The notes beneath the pieces were generated by a model. That model was not told the origin of the DNA. It saw nothing but the letters and a program-made list of their open reading frames with translations, and did no database searches. The position numbers and the translations under genes are program-made. From positions 86,270-102,548 of the forward strand of contig CAYVSA010000001.1 of NCBI GenBank assembly GCA_964454175.1: a stretch of 16,279 nt of DNA, in the 5' to 3' direction. Each line of letters begins with the position of its first letter. Positions within the stretch are counted from its first letter, which is position 1. Shown piece after piece: positions 6,432-14,917 of the stretch. Source of the stretch: an uncultured Pseudomonadota bacterium (GTDB taxonomy: Bacteria; BMS3Abin14).

Positions 6432-7019
6432 ATGGTTCTTATTATCGATAACTATGACTCATTCACTTACAATATCTACCAGGCCATGAGCACAATGACC
6501 GATGAGGTGAGAGTTGTACGCAACGACGAAATCTCACTGGACGAACTGGATGAACCGTGCATCACGCACCTGGTCGTATCTCCGGGCCCCGGCAGGCCGA
6601 GTGGAGCGGGCGTGAGCAAGGAGGCCATCGGTAAAATAGCCGGGCGCATACCGGTGCTTGGGGTTTGTCTCGGGCACCAGGCTATAGGTGAAGTCTACGG
6701 CTGCGATGTGATAAATGCCGGCAGGCTCATGCACGGTAAATCATCAGAGGTGAGGCACAGCGGGGACGGACTCTACCTGGGTCTGCCGGTTCCCTTCGAG
6801 GCGATTCGGTATCATTCACTGAGCCTGGACAGGAGCACCATACCGTCCGAACTGGAGATCACCGCTGAAGCAGACGATGGGGAGATCATGGGTGTACGGC
6901 ACAGGACAATGCTTGTGGAAGGTGTTCAGTTCCACCCTGAATCATTCGGAACTATCGAGGGGAATAAAATATTTGAGAATTTTCTCGCACAAGAAGGAGG
7001 AATGCGAAATGATGCGTGA
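6432..7019 (+). CDS. trpG: anthranilate synthase component II (glutamine amidotransferase)
   Basis: IDNYDSFTYN, SPGPG, GVCLGHQ, RYHSL and GVQFHPES. Confidence 0.93.
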   Translation: MVLIIDNYDSFTYNIYQAMSTMTDEVRVVRNDEISLDELDEPCITHLVVSPGPGRPSGAGVSKEAIGKIAGRIPVLGVCLGHQAIGEVYGCDVINAGRLMHGKSSEVRHSGDGLYLGLPVPFEAIRYHSLSLDRSTIPSELEITAEADDGEIMGVRHRTMLVEGVQFHPESFGTIEGNKIFENFLAQEGGMRNDA

Positions 7020-8031
7020 ACTGCTGGCCAAAGTGGTTGACGGGAACGACCTGGACTTCGGGGATGTGAACGATGCCGTTGGGAGCATTGTTGAGGAAAA
7101 AGCGACTCCCTCACAAGTGGGTGCTTTCCTGACGGCACTGAGGATGAAGGGGGAGACGGACGAAGAAATAGCAGGGGCAGCAGCAGCATTGAGAAGCCGG
7201 ACGATCCCATTTCCGGCTGCCGGAGCATATGATGCCATAGACACCTGCGGCACGGGAGGGGATGGTGCAGGGACGGTCAATGTTTCCACACTGTCGGCCC
7301 TTGTTGCAGCCGGGGCCGGGGTGAAGGTGGCCAAGCACGGGAACCGGGCCGTTTCCAGCAAGTGCGGCAGCGCTGACCTTCTCGCGTCCCTTGGGATAAA
7401 GGTAGATGTCTCTCCTCAAGAGGCGGCAAACTGCCTGGAAGAGGCCAACTTCTGCTTTCTTTTCGCGCCGCTTTACCACCCTGCCATGAAAGCCGTGGCG
7501 CCTTTCAGGGGGGAGCTTGGATTCAGGACACTATTTAACATGATAGGCCCGTTGTGCAATCCTGCCGGGGTCAGGAGGCAGCTTCTTGGGGTTTTTTCTC
7601 CAGACCTGCTGCCCCTGATGGCGGACGTTCTGGGGCGGCTGGGATGCGACCGTGCGATGATCGTGTCTTCCGAAGACGGCCTCGATGAGCTTTCGATTAG
7701 TGCGCCCACATCCGTAGCGGAGATAGACGGGAACGGGAAGGTGAATTTCTATACACTGGATCCTGCATCCCTCGGGTTTGCTCCCTATGAGGCGGGAGCG
7801 CTTTCGGGCGGAACTCCCGAGGAAAACGCGCAGGTTTCCATGGAGTTTCTCAAGGGAGCGGCAGGACCGGTCAGGGATGCAGTATTATTAAATGCGGCGG
7901 CGGCTATCATGATCTCAGATGGTGGCGCAGACATGAAAGAGGGACTTGCAGCAGCTCAAAAGTCCGTGGATTCAGGCGCGTCACTTGAGGTCCTTGAAAA
8001 AGTGAAGGCCATATCCGGGGGAGGGGCCTGA
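7009..8031 (+). CDS. trpD: anthranilate phosphoribosyltransferase
   Basis: DTCGTGGDG, KHGNRAVSSKCGSAD, HPAMKAVAP.R.ELG.RT.FN and DGLDELS. Start moved from 6877 to ATG 7009 (AGGAGG at 6995-7000). ATG 7012 is also possible. Confidence 0.93.
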   Translation: MMRELLAKVVDGNDLDFGDVNDAVGSIVEEKATPSQVGAFLTALRMKGETDEEIAGAAAALRSRTIPFPAAGAYDAIDTCGTGGDGAGTVNVSTLSALVAAGAGVKVAKHGNRAVSSKCGSADLLASLGIKVDVSPQEAANCLEEANFCFLFAPLYHPAMKAVAPFRGELGFRTLFNMIGPLCNPAGVRRQLLGVFSPDLLPLMADVLGRLGCDRAMIVSSEDGLDELSISAPTSVAEIDGNGKVNFYTLDPASLGFAPYEAGALSGGTPEENAQVSMEFLKGAAGPVRDAVLLNAAAAIMISDGGADMKEGLAAAQKSVDSGASLEVLEKVKAISGGGA

Positions 8032-8810
8032 TGAGCGGCGGGTTCCTGCTTCGGGCTGCCGAGTCGGCAGCATCGAACGTGACAGCCTGGAAGGAGAGAT
8101 TCGGGTCCAACGCAGGTCTGATGGGAGCATCTGGAGCGCAGTTTCTGCCGGACGTCATCGGAACGTGCGGGGTGATCGCTGAAATTAAGTTGAAGAGCCC
8201 CTCGGCCGGGGACCTGATGGGCAATACTGATCCCGTAAAACTTCTTCGAGAATACGAGGCAGGCGGGGCCGAGGCCCTCAGCGTGGTAGTGGAAGAAAAG
8301 TTCTTCGGTGGCTCTCCGGAGCTTTTCATGGAGATAGCGCAAAATACCGTCAGGCCGGTGTTGTGGAAGGATTTCGTCGTGGATGAGTTTCAGATCGAAC
8401 TGGCCGCGCGGCTGGGAGCTTCTTCGATACTGCTTATAGAGGCCCTGCTGGCTGGCAGCAGCCTGGCGCTGATGATCGAAAAGTGCAGGGTTAAAGGATT
8501 AAGGCCCCTCGTTGAAGTGCGCGATGAAAAATCCCTGTCGAGGGCGATTGGATCCGGTGCCGACCTTGTTGGAGTTAACAACAGGAACCTGGAAACTCTC
8601 GAGGTGGATCTGGAAACCAGCGAAAAGCTTGCTGGAAGTATTGGCCGTAATATTGCGGGCGTTGCCGAGAGCGGCATCAAGGGCCCCGGCGATGTTGAGC
8701 GTATGGCAAAGTCAGGATACAGGGCCGTGCTGGTAGGACAGGCGCTGGTTTCCAGTGACTATCCCCGCAACGATCTTCGGGCAATGGTAGATGCGGGGAG
8801 GATGAGATGA
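8031..8810 (+). CDS. trpC: indole-3-glycerol phosphate synthase
   Basis: IAEIKLKSPSAG, ALSVVVEEKFFGGS, PVLWKDF, GVNNRNL and AESGI. Confidence 0.92.
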   Translation: MSGGFLLRAAESAASNVTAWKERFGSNAGLMGASGAQFLPDVIGTCGVIAEIKLKSPSAGDLMGNTDPVKLLREYEAGGAEALSVVVEEKFFGGSPELFMEIAQNTVRPVLWKDFVVDEFQIELAARLGASSILLIEALLAGSSLALMIEKCRVKGLRPLVEVRDEKSLSRAIGSGADLVGVNNRNLETLEVDLETSEKLAGSIGRNIAGVAESGIKGPGDVERMAKSGYRAVLVGQALVSSDYPRNDLRAMVDAGRMR

Positions 8811-9466
8811 CAAACGGTTCCCTGAAAATCAAGATATGCGGACTGACGAGACGGGAGGACGCACTGGCTGCTTCTGCGGCGGGGGCTGACATCCTCGGGT
8901 TCAACCTTGTTCCGGGCAGCAGGAGATACCTGAATCCCTACGCGGCCCAGGACATAATTTCTGCATTGCCTCCTTTCGTTGGCAAAGTTGGTATCTTCGC
9001 CAACGAAGACGTCGACATCGTCAACGATCTGGCAGAGTTTCTGGGCCTGGATGCCGTGCAGCTGCACGGCAGCGAGGACGGCCGGTTCTGTTCGAAGATA
9101 GACCGGCCGGTCATAAAGGCCCTGCGCATTGGGGCTGCAGACGACCTCGCGGGGATTTCGGAGTACGATGTCTCAGCGTTCCTCCTGGATACCAGAGTGG
9201 AGGACGCACTGGGCGGGACGGGTAGGACCTTCGACTGGAATATCGCAGTGCAGTTCGTAAGAGAAAACAGGGTCTTTGTTGCCGGAGGACTGACACCGGA
9301 TAACGTCGCTGAGGCAGTCAGGATACTTTCGCCTTACGGTGTAGACACGGCTTCCGGGGTAGAATCGGAGCCGGCGGTCAAGGACCATGAACTTATAAAG
9401 GATTTTGTGAGGGCAGCCAGGTGTGCAGCTGCTGGAAATGGAGGAAGCAGTGACATCGCCTGTTAA
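8807..9466 (+). CDS. trpF: phosphoribosylanthranilate isomerase
   Basis: [33 protein letters not shown] and GVDTASGVE. Confidence 0.94.
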   Translation: MTNGSLKIKICGLTRREDALAASAAGADILGFNLVPGSRRYLNPYAAQDIISALPPFVGKVGIFANEDVDIVNDLAEFLGLDAVQLHGSEDGRFCSKIDRPVIKALRIGAADDLAGISEYDVSAFLLDTRVEDALGGTGRTFDWNIAVQFVRENRVFVAGGLTPDNVAEAVRILSPYGVDTASGVESEPAVKDHELIKDFVRAARCAAAGNGGSSDIAC

Positions 9467-10640
9467 CATACCGGATGCCAGGGGGTTTTTCGGGGATTTC
9501 GGAGGCCGTTTCGTTCCGGAGGTTCTTATGCCGGCATTGACGGAACTGGAAGATGCCTTCCTGAAGGCTCTTGCAGATGAGGATTTCAACTCTGAATTAG
9601 CCCTTGTCCTGAAGGACTACTCGGGCCGGCCGACCCCCCTCACGGAAGCAAGGCGATTTGCCGGATCGGGAAAGCTGTTCAGGCTGGAGATGAAGAGGGA
9701 GGATCTTAACCACACTGGCGCCCACAAGATCAACAATACCCTGGGGCAGGTCATCCTGGCCGTCAGGATGGGCAAGAAAAGGATAATTGCAGAGACCGGG
9801 GCAGGTCAGCACGGGGTCGCCACAGCAACTGCAGCAGCACTTTACGGTCTGCCGTGTGCTGTCTACATGGGCGTCGAGGACATCGCTCGTCAGGCCCCCA
9901 ATGTGGAGAGGATGAAACTGCTGGGTGCGGAAGTGATCCCGGTTGAGGATGGGGCCGGCACCCTTAAGGATGCTGTCAATGAAGCCATGCGGGACTGGGT
10001 TCGCAACGTTTCAGATACCTTCTACATATTGGGTTCTGCAGTTGGTCCCCACCCCTATCCCGTGATGGTGAGGCATTTCCAGTCGGTGATCGGGGAAGAG
10101 GCCAAAATACAGTTTCTGGACCGTCACGGCCGGCTGCCGGACGTTGTAGTTGCATGTGTGGGGGGCGGCAGCAATGCCGCTGGGACTTTCTATCCCTTCA
10201 GGGATGATCCGGTCAGGCTCGTTGGTGTGGAAGCAGGCGGCACAGGGGACGGGGCCGGGCAGCACGGCGCCTCCCTCGGGCTCGGGGAGCCAGGGATCTT
10301 CCACGGCAGCCTGAGCTACGTTCTTCAGGACGGTGACGGCCAGATAGTTACGGCCCATTCAGTATCCGCCGGTCTTGACTATCCAGGGGTGGGACCTGAA
10401 CATAGCAGCTGGCTGACTTCCAGGCGGGTCGAATATCACAGGGTAACCGACTCTGCTGCCCTGGAGGTGACAAATACTTTTACGAAAGACGAGGGAATAC
10501 TGCCTGCGCTTGAAACGGCCCACGCCCTTGCCTGGATCGAGCAAAGCAAGGAAGAGCTGGAGGGCATGAATATACTGGTGTGTCTTTCCGGACGAGGGGA
10601 TAAGGACATGGATACACTCATGACGGGAGGTGCATCGTGA
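9450..10640 (+). CDS. trpB: tryptophan synthase beta chain
   Basis: [28 protein letters not shown] (PLP lysine), [30 protein letters not shown] and LSGRGDKD. Likely start is GTG 9450 after GGAGG at 9440-9444. Confidence 0.95.
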   Translation: MTSPVNIPDARGFFGDFGGRFVPEVLMPALTELEDAFLKALADEDFNSELALVLKDYSGRPTPLTEARRFAGSGKLFRLEMKREDLNHTGAHKINNTLGQVILAVRMGKKRIIAETGAGQHGVATATAAALYGLPCAVYMGVEDIARQAPNVERMKLLGAEVIPVEDGAGTLKDAVNEAMRDWVRNVSDTFYILGSAVGPHPYPVMVRHFQSVIGEEAKIQFLDRHGRLPDVVVACVGGGSNAAGTFYPFRDDPVRLVGVEAGGTGDGAGQHGASLGLGEPGIFHGSLSYVLQDGDGQIVTAHSVSAGLDYPGVGPEHSSWLTSRRVEYHRVTDSAALEVTNTFTKDEGILPALETAHALAWIEQSKEELEGMNILVCLSGRGDKDMDTLMTGGAS

Positions 10641-11452
10641 GCCGGTTTGACGATGTTTTCAAGCCATCGAGAAAAGCCCTCGCCGTGTTCCTGACGGCCG
10701 GCTTTCCTGAGCCGGGCCTGGACGAAGAGCTGGCCCTTGCTGTCCTGGAAGCGGGAGCGGACATCCTGGAGATAGGCTTTCCCTTCTCAGATCCCCTGGC
10801 CGACGGCCCACTGATCCAGCAGGCTTCGAAGATCTCCCTGAAAAACGGCACCACCCTGGACAGCTCCATTGCCCTTGCTGGCAGGATCAGGGAACAGAGC
10901 GAGGCCCCCCTTGTATTAATGGGCTACGCAAACCCTGTTTTTCACATGGGTTACTCTGTGTTTGCCGGGCAGGTTGCCGATGAGGGGGTTGACGGTATCA
11001 TAGTTGCCGATCTGCCTGTGGATGAGTCGGGGCCCCTCAGAGATGAGCTGAAGGATAAAAGTGTGTCCCTGATACCCATGGCGGCCCCCAACACATCGCC
11101 CGTGCGTCTGGGCGAAATAATCGCGGCAGGGGACGGGTTTCTCTACATCGTTTCCATGACGGGCCTTACCGGGGACGCTTTTGAATCCCAGGCTCCATGG
11201 CAGGAGGTTGCACGGCAGGCCGCGAAGAACGGTTCTCTCCCCGTGTGCGTGGGGTTCGGGATCGGGAGCGGCGATGATGCAGTACGTGCAGCCAAGACTA
11301 CAGATGGAGTGATCGTGGGAAGCGCAGTAACCGGCAGGGTGTTTACGGGCCTCGAAGACGGTTGGGGTGCGGCGATTTCCGGTGCCTGTGACCTCGTTCG
11401 GGAACTGGCATCAGCCCTTGAAATGGAGTATCATTCTAAAGATAAAGCCTGA
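10637..11452 (+). CDS. trpA: tryptophan synthase alpha chain
   Basis: [42 protein letters not shown] and [12 protein letters not shown] overlap with trpB. Confidence 0.95.
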   Translation: MSRFDDVFKPSRKALAVFLTAGFPEPGLDEELALAVLEAGADILEIGFPFSDPLADGPLIQQASKISLKNGTTLDSSIALAGRIREQSEAPLVLMGYANPVFHMGYSVFAGQVADEGVDGIIVADLPVDESGPLRDELKDKSVSLIPMAAPNTSPVRLGEIIAAGDGFLYIVSMTGLTGDAFESQAPWQEVARQAAKNGSLPVCVGFGIGSGDDAVRAAKTTDGVIVGSAVTGRVFTGLEDGWGAAISGACDLVRELASALEMEYHSKDKA

Positions 11453-11477
11453 ACAACCATCAGAAGGAGCCTGATTG

Positions 11478-11708
11478 ATGAAGGTTTTTAATAAGGAGGA
11501 ACTTGCAAAATTTGACGGAAAGGAAGACCGGCCGGCATATGTGGCGTATATGGGAAAGGTCTATGACATGACGGGTACTCCCGAATCGGACCACGGCGAC
11601 CACTACGGCCACGATTTCGGTATCGATTTGACCGACGACATGGATCTTGCCCCTCACAGCGATGCCCTGATCTTTGAAAGACCGGTTGTGGGGGTGTATG
11701 AGGAGTAG
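11478..11708 (+). CDS. cytochrome b5-like heme/steroid-binding domain protein
   Basis: 'FNKEELAKFDGKE.RPAYVAY.GKVYD.T...G.H...H..G.DLT.....APH......PVVG' matches the small prokaryotic cyt-b5 family. AGGAG SD lies 8 nt before ATG 11478. Confidence 0.85.
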   Translation: MKVFNKEELAKFDGKEDRPAYVAYMGKVYDMTGTPESDHGDHYGHDFGIDLTDDMDLAPHSDALIFERPVVGVYEE

Positions 11709-11799
11709 GTTTAAATAGCAGGAAGTGGGAATTAGAGCATTGGTAATAGATATTGGATCCAAACCAAATTACGAGTTGCGGGCAGTCGGGAGGTAAAAA

Positions 11800-12171
11800 A
11801 TGAGAAAATCCTTACTTGTATTTGTTACCGTAGCGGTTCTGGCTCTGCCGGCTGTGAGCTTGGGGCAGGCAAGGTCTGCCGTGCTGATCGGGTATGAAAA
11901 GGCCGATTTCGTGACGGGCAAGATCAGCCTGTCGGATGACGGCGGTATGGTCATGATCCGGGATCTTGCGAGCAAGTACGACAAGAAGCTGGTCATCTAT
12001 CTGGCAAAAGGGTTCGAGGCTGACGATAGCATCAAGGTCGGCGAGGTAATTCCCGGCACCACAGGAAACATGAGCTTCGATGCCCCGGAAGGCAACCTGG
12101 ACGAAATGGATTCAGTCGTCGTCAGGGTGCCTGAATGGACAGTTCCCGTGGCGCTTGGTGTCCTTCGGTGA
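11800..12171 (+). CDS. exported protein, DM13-like domain
   Basis: Sec-type signal (MRKSLLVFVTVAVLALPAVSLG) and GGAGG SD. 'TGKISL', 'LVIYLAK', 'IKVGEV...TGNMSFDAPE.NLDEMDSVVV' parallel the DM13 pattern. Confidence 0.6.
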   Translation: MRKSLLVFVTVAVLALPAVSLGQARSAVLIGYEKADFVTGKISLSDDGGMVMIRDLASKYDKKLVIYLAKGFEADDSIKVGEVIPGTTGNMSFDAPEGNLDEMDSVVVRVPEWTVPVALGVLR

Positions 12172-12181
12172 CAACGAGTGC

Positions 12182-12263
12182 GTCCAGGGTCCAAGGTCCA
12201 ACGTCCAATGTCGTTTCGAAATTCGAGAGTTGAGATACGGTCTTGGATTTTGGACATTAGATC
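12182..12263. repeat. GTCCAN heptamer array with inverted copies
   Basis: gtccagg gtccaag gtccaac gtccaat (12182-12209), then ttggatt ttggaca ttagatc (12243-12263) in the opposite orientation. Confidence 0.75.
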
Positions 12264-12287
12264 CTGATCCGACCCCAATTAATTATC

Positions 12288-12854
12288 ATGGGTTACCGCT
12301 CTGGCATATACATCAAGGAAAAGCCGTCAACCGTTGCAGAAGGCCTGTCAGGCCGCCTGAACAGGTACGGTTTCACAACGCGGCAGACCGGGCGCCGGAA
12401 TGAAAGTCCCGGCACCGGGGCAGAAAGCGAGATCCACCTCTCATCATGGGCCAGAGGATGGTCAATAATCCATGTGGACCACGAAGATCCCAACTCGCGC
12501 ATAATTCTGGACTCGATCACTATCGACGAACCATTTGCTTCAGTTGTACACTGCAGGTACGAACCGGACATGCACGAATACTCCTACTCCTACTTTCAGG
12601 ACGGTACGGCAATGGAGGTTTTTTCCTGCGTCGGCATGGCGATGCCCGCCCTGGACTTCATCTCCGAGCTTCGTAAGGTCCCCCTTCACACCATTGTAGA
12701 GGGCAGAAAGTTCATGGTTGAGTCTTTAAAGAACCTTGGTGTGGAGCCGCTTACACAGCCTGTTAACCAGGGCAGCACGGTGAGTATGGTCCTGGTACCA
12801 CCCCGCAACTCCATCCTGAAAAAGCTCCTGGGCGCGCTTTGGAGCGGGGGGTGA
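12288..12854 (+). CDS. hypothetical protein
   Basis: 188-aa ORF filling the space between two repeat arrays, same strand as its neighbours. No family recognised and no clear SD. Confidence 0.65.
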   Translation: MGYRSGIYIKEKPSTVAEGLSGRLNRYGFTTRQTGRRNESPGTGAESEIHLSSWARGWSIIHVDHEDPNSRIILDSITIDEPFASVVHCRYEPDMHEYSYSYFQDGTAMEVFSCVGMAMPALDFISELRKVPLHTIVEGRKFMVESLKNLGVEPLTQPVNQGSTVSMVLVPPRNSILKKLLGALWSGG

Positions 12855-12866
12855 TCGGTTGAGATT

Positions 12867-12923
12867 GTCCAAAGTCCAAAGTCCAACGGCTAATATCCAG
12901 GTCCAGGGTGACTGGATATGGAC
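12867..12923. repeat. GTCCAA heptamer array with inverted copies
   Basis: gtccaaa gtccaaa gtccaac (12867-12887). Inverted pairs ATATCCAG (12893-12900)/CTGGATAT (12912-12919) and GTCCA/TGGAC. Confidence 0.75.
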
Positions 12924-12962
12924 GGTTCAACTCAGGGAAATGGGGAAAAGTGAGGGCATGAA

Positions 12963-13397
12963 TTGAAAAGGATATTTCTTTTTAACCTTTTTCTTGGCCT
13001 ATTGGTTCTTGTAATGGCAGCATCACCTGGCTGCAATAACAGGGGCAGCAGCAGCGACAGCAACCCGATAGTCCAGGCACACCGGGGAAAAGACAAGGCG
13101 ACCCTCGCCGCGGCCCAGGCCAATGTGAGGGCAGTAAGATCCGCCCTGATGGGATACCGGTCACAGTCACCTGAAGGCCGATACCCCGAGACCTTCGACA
13201 TCTATGAATTTGAAGACCTGAGAAGGCTCCTTCCCCAGGCGAACCTCTCTTCATCCATGACTGCGCTGAAGTGGGACGAAGCGTCAGGTATCCGATATGA
13301 ATCAGACGGCACCACGTTTACCTTTTCCGTGACGGCGCTGACCTCAGGCAGGGAGATTATCACCGCTACCCCGCGGGAGGTTAGAGTTGCAAGGTAG
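12963..13397 (+). CDS. putative lipoprotein with pilin/GspG-like helix and YP motif
   Basis: TTG start with GAGGG SD. Hydrophobic signal ending AASPG-C, then 'KDKATLAAAQANVRAVRSALMGY.....GRYP'. Confidence 0.65.
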   Translation: MKRIFLFNLFLGLLVLVMAASPGCNNRGSSSDSNPIVQAHRGKDKATLAAAQANVRAVRSALMGYRSQSPEGRYPETFDIYEFEDLRRLLPQANLSSSMTALKWDEASGIRYESDGTTFTFSVTALTSGREIITATPREVRVAR

Positions 13398-13418
13398 CTT
13401 CTGCAGTCCGGCATTCCC

Positions 13419-13592
13419 CTAGGGCTGATCGTAAGTCGCTATTACGGCACCGATGTTGCCAATAAAACCGTTGGGAGTCCCGCCCGTCCCGCCGGGGCCG
13501 GGAGTTCCGCCCTGGATGGTGACGTTGTTCTCTATTACAGTAGCGTTGTAGGTAAAGATACCGAAGGCATCACCTCCGGCGCCTCCTCCGCT
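13419..13592 (-). pseudogene. 3' remnant of a glycine-rich (PGRS-like) protein gene
   Basis: Reads SGGGAGGDAFGIFTYNATVIENNVTIQGGTPGPGGTGGTPNGFIGNIGAVIATYDQP*. The frame is closed upstream by TGA at 13616-13614 and has no start codon. Confidence 0.55.
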
Positions 13593-13651
13593 TAAACGGT
13601 ATATCTCGGGAAATCAATCCCCGGGGCCAGGTCCCACCTTCTTGCCTCTGG

Positions 13652-13921
13652 TTACCCGATTATCTCACTGAGCCCTTCTATTATCCTGTCCAGCTCTTCC
13701 GGAGAAAGCCTGGTAATTTTGTCCCCGAGCCTGCTGGTTGAAAGGGTACGGATCTGGCTGATCTTGACCCAGGATCTTTTTGGAAGCTCCCGGCTGTCCA
13801 GCTCAAGGCTCAGGGGGAATCCGGCGCGTTGTTCCCGGCTGGACAGGGCCATGGCTATCACAGTACCTGAACGTTTGTTGAAAACGTCGTGACTTACTAC
13901 AAGGACAGGGCGCCGTCCGGA
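13652..13921 (-). pseudogene. mazF: 5'-truncated PemK/MazF-family toxin
   Basis: Frame extends upstream of the track ORF: SGRRPVLVVSHDVFNKRSGTVIAMALSSREQRAGFPL...SWVKISQIRTLS...IIEGLSEIIG*. The usual N-terminal 'RGDI.WADL.P..G.EQ' is missing, there is an in-frame TGA at 13936-13934, and no antitoxin is adjacent. Confidence 0.8.
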
Positions 13922-14108
13922 GTGGCTATAGGGTCAGACCTCACTTTCTTACCTTTTTGTACAATACCCATTCAGTGCGAATCCTGGTTCCTTCAGGCGG
14001 CTTAAACCTGTGCAGGGCCGTTCCCACCAAAAACGATTAAATCAGGCCTCCCCTTTAAATAGTTTTTAAAAATAAGGGCTTACAAAAGTTAGCCTCCCAA
14101 GAGACTTG

Positions 14109-14124
14109 CGGCATGCCCCTTGCG
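14109..14124 (+). promoter_or_regulatory. sigma54 (-24/-12) promoter
   Basis: CGGCATGCCCCTTGCG has exact GG-N10-GC spacing and closely matches TGGCACG-N4-TTGC. An AT-rich tract lies upstream (14054-14092), and the site is 67 nt before ATG 14192. Confidence 0.65.
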
Positions 14125-14191
14125 ATATCCAAGGCACAAGCGACAGAAAAACCGGAGTTAACCCACTCAGATATCGCGGAGGGAAAAGGAG

Positions 14192-14869
14192 ATGAAACAC
14201 GGATGTTTAACACTCAAATTAGCTGTGATGTTAAGTTTTATTGTTGTCACGTCTTTTGCGACAACTGCCGCTGCAGACATTACTGATAAGATTACACTGG
14301 ATTACATGGAACCGGGTAATTCAGACGCGCGGGATTTCAGCAAGGGAAACTTTGGTTTGTCCGGAGAGATCGAGTTTCACTTTGTCGGCATTCCCAACTG
14401 GGTCTCGTGGGCAGCAGGCCTGGACTATATTGACATGCTCAATGATAGGACCACCTATAAGAATGCAGTTGGAATGAGGGTCGTTCAGGAAACAAATCAG
14501 GATTATATCCGACTTTGGTTCGGGCCTCGTTTGCGGTCCCACGCTAATGTCTTTTTTCGCCCTTATGTCGGCATCCACGGTGCTCTGATCTATTCCACGA
14601 TTGAAACTGACCTGATCGTTCCCGATGATTTTGATTCCGACAATGAGACCAGGCAGAGGTTGTCTGCTGACAGCGATCTGCTTTTCGGGTACGGCGCCAC
14701 TGCAGGAGTGGAAATGCGGTTTTCAAGGGAGAGATCGCTGGATCTTGGGGTGAAGAGGTTGGAGACCTTTGGTGTTCCTCAACAGCTGTCATACGGAGCA
14801 GTGACTATCCATCCGTCCTATAATCTCTATTACATTGGTGTTAGATTCACGGAAGATACCTTCAGGTGA
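14192..14869 (+). CDS. outer-membrane beta-barrel protein (OmpA/OmpW-like barrel)
   Basis: Signal peptide ending ATTAAA, alternating amphipathic strands ('FRPYVGIHG', 'FGYGATAGVEMRF'), terminal strand 'YYIGVRF' and AGGAG SD. Confidence 0.75.
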   Translation: MKHGCLTLKLAVMLSFIVVTSFATTAAADITDKITLDYMEPGNSDARDFSKGNFGLSGEIEFHFVGIPNWVSWAAGLDYIDMLNDRTTYKNAVGMRVVQETNQDYIRLWFGPRLRSHANVFFRPYVGIHGALIYSTIETDLIVPDDFDSDNETRQRLSADSDLLFGYGATAGVEMRFSRERSLDLGVKRLETFGVPQQLSYGAVTIHPSYNLYYIGVRFTEDTFR

Positions 14870-14917
14870 TCTAAAGGCAAACTTTAATATCTGATGTCCA
14901 ATTTTAACTTGTCCCTA

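Noticed and set aside
6877-7008. 44-aa N-terminal extension of TrpD, and the 9423 start for TrpB
   Set aside because: Both overlap the upstream gene. Good SDs support starts at 7009 and 9450.
4991-7019. pabB/pabA instead of trpE/trpG
   Set aside because: The FLES and NPSPY Trp-feedback motifs, the Trp leader and the position at the head of trpDCFBA favour trpEG.
8031-11708. Trp-codon avoidance in trp-operon proteins (the b5 protein has no Trp)
   Set aside because: TrpC, TrpF, TrpB and TrpA all contain Trp, so there is no consistent signal.
12182-12923. CRISPR array or integron attC sites
   Set aside because: Units are 7 bp with no unique spacers, there is no RYYYAAC...GTTRRRY pairing, and no cas or intI gene is present.
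13400-13620. Riboswitch or structured ncRNA in the GC-rich stretch
   Set aside because: The GC runs are better explained as Gly/Pro codons of a minus-strand gene remnant, and no riboswitch consensus was recognised.
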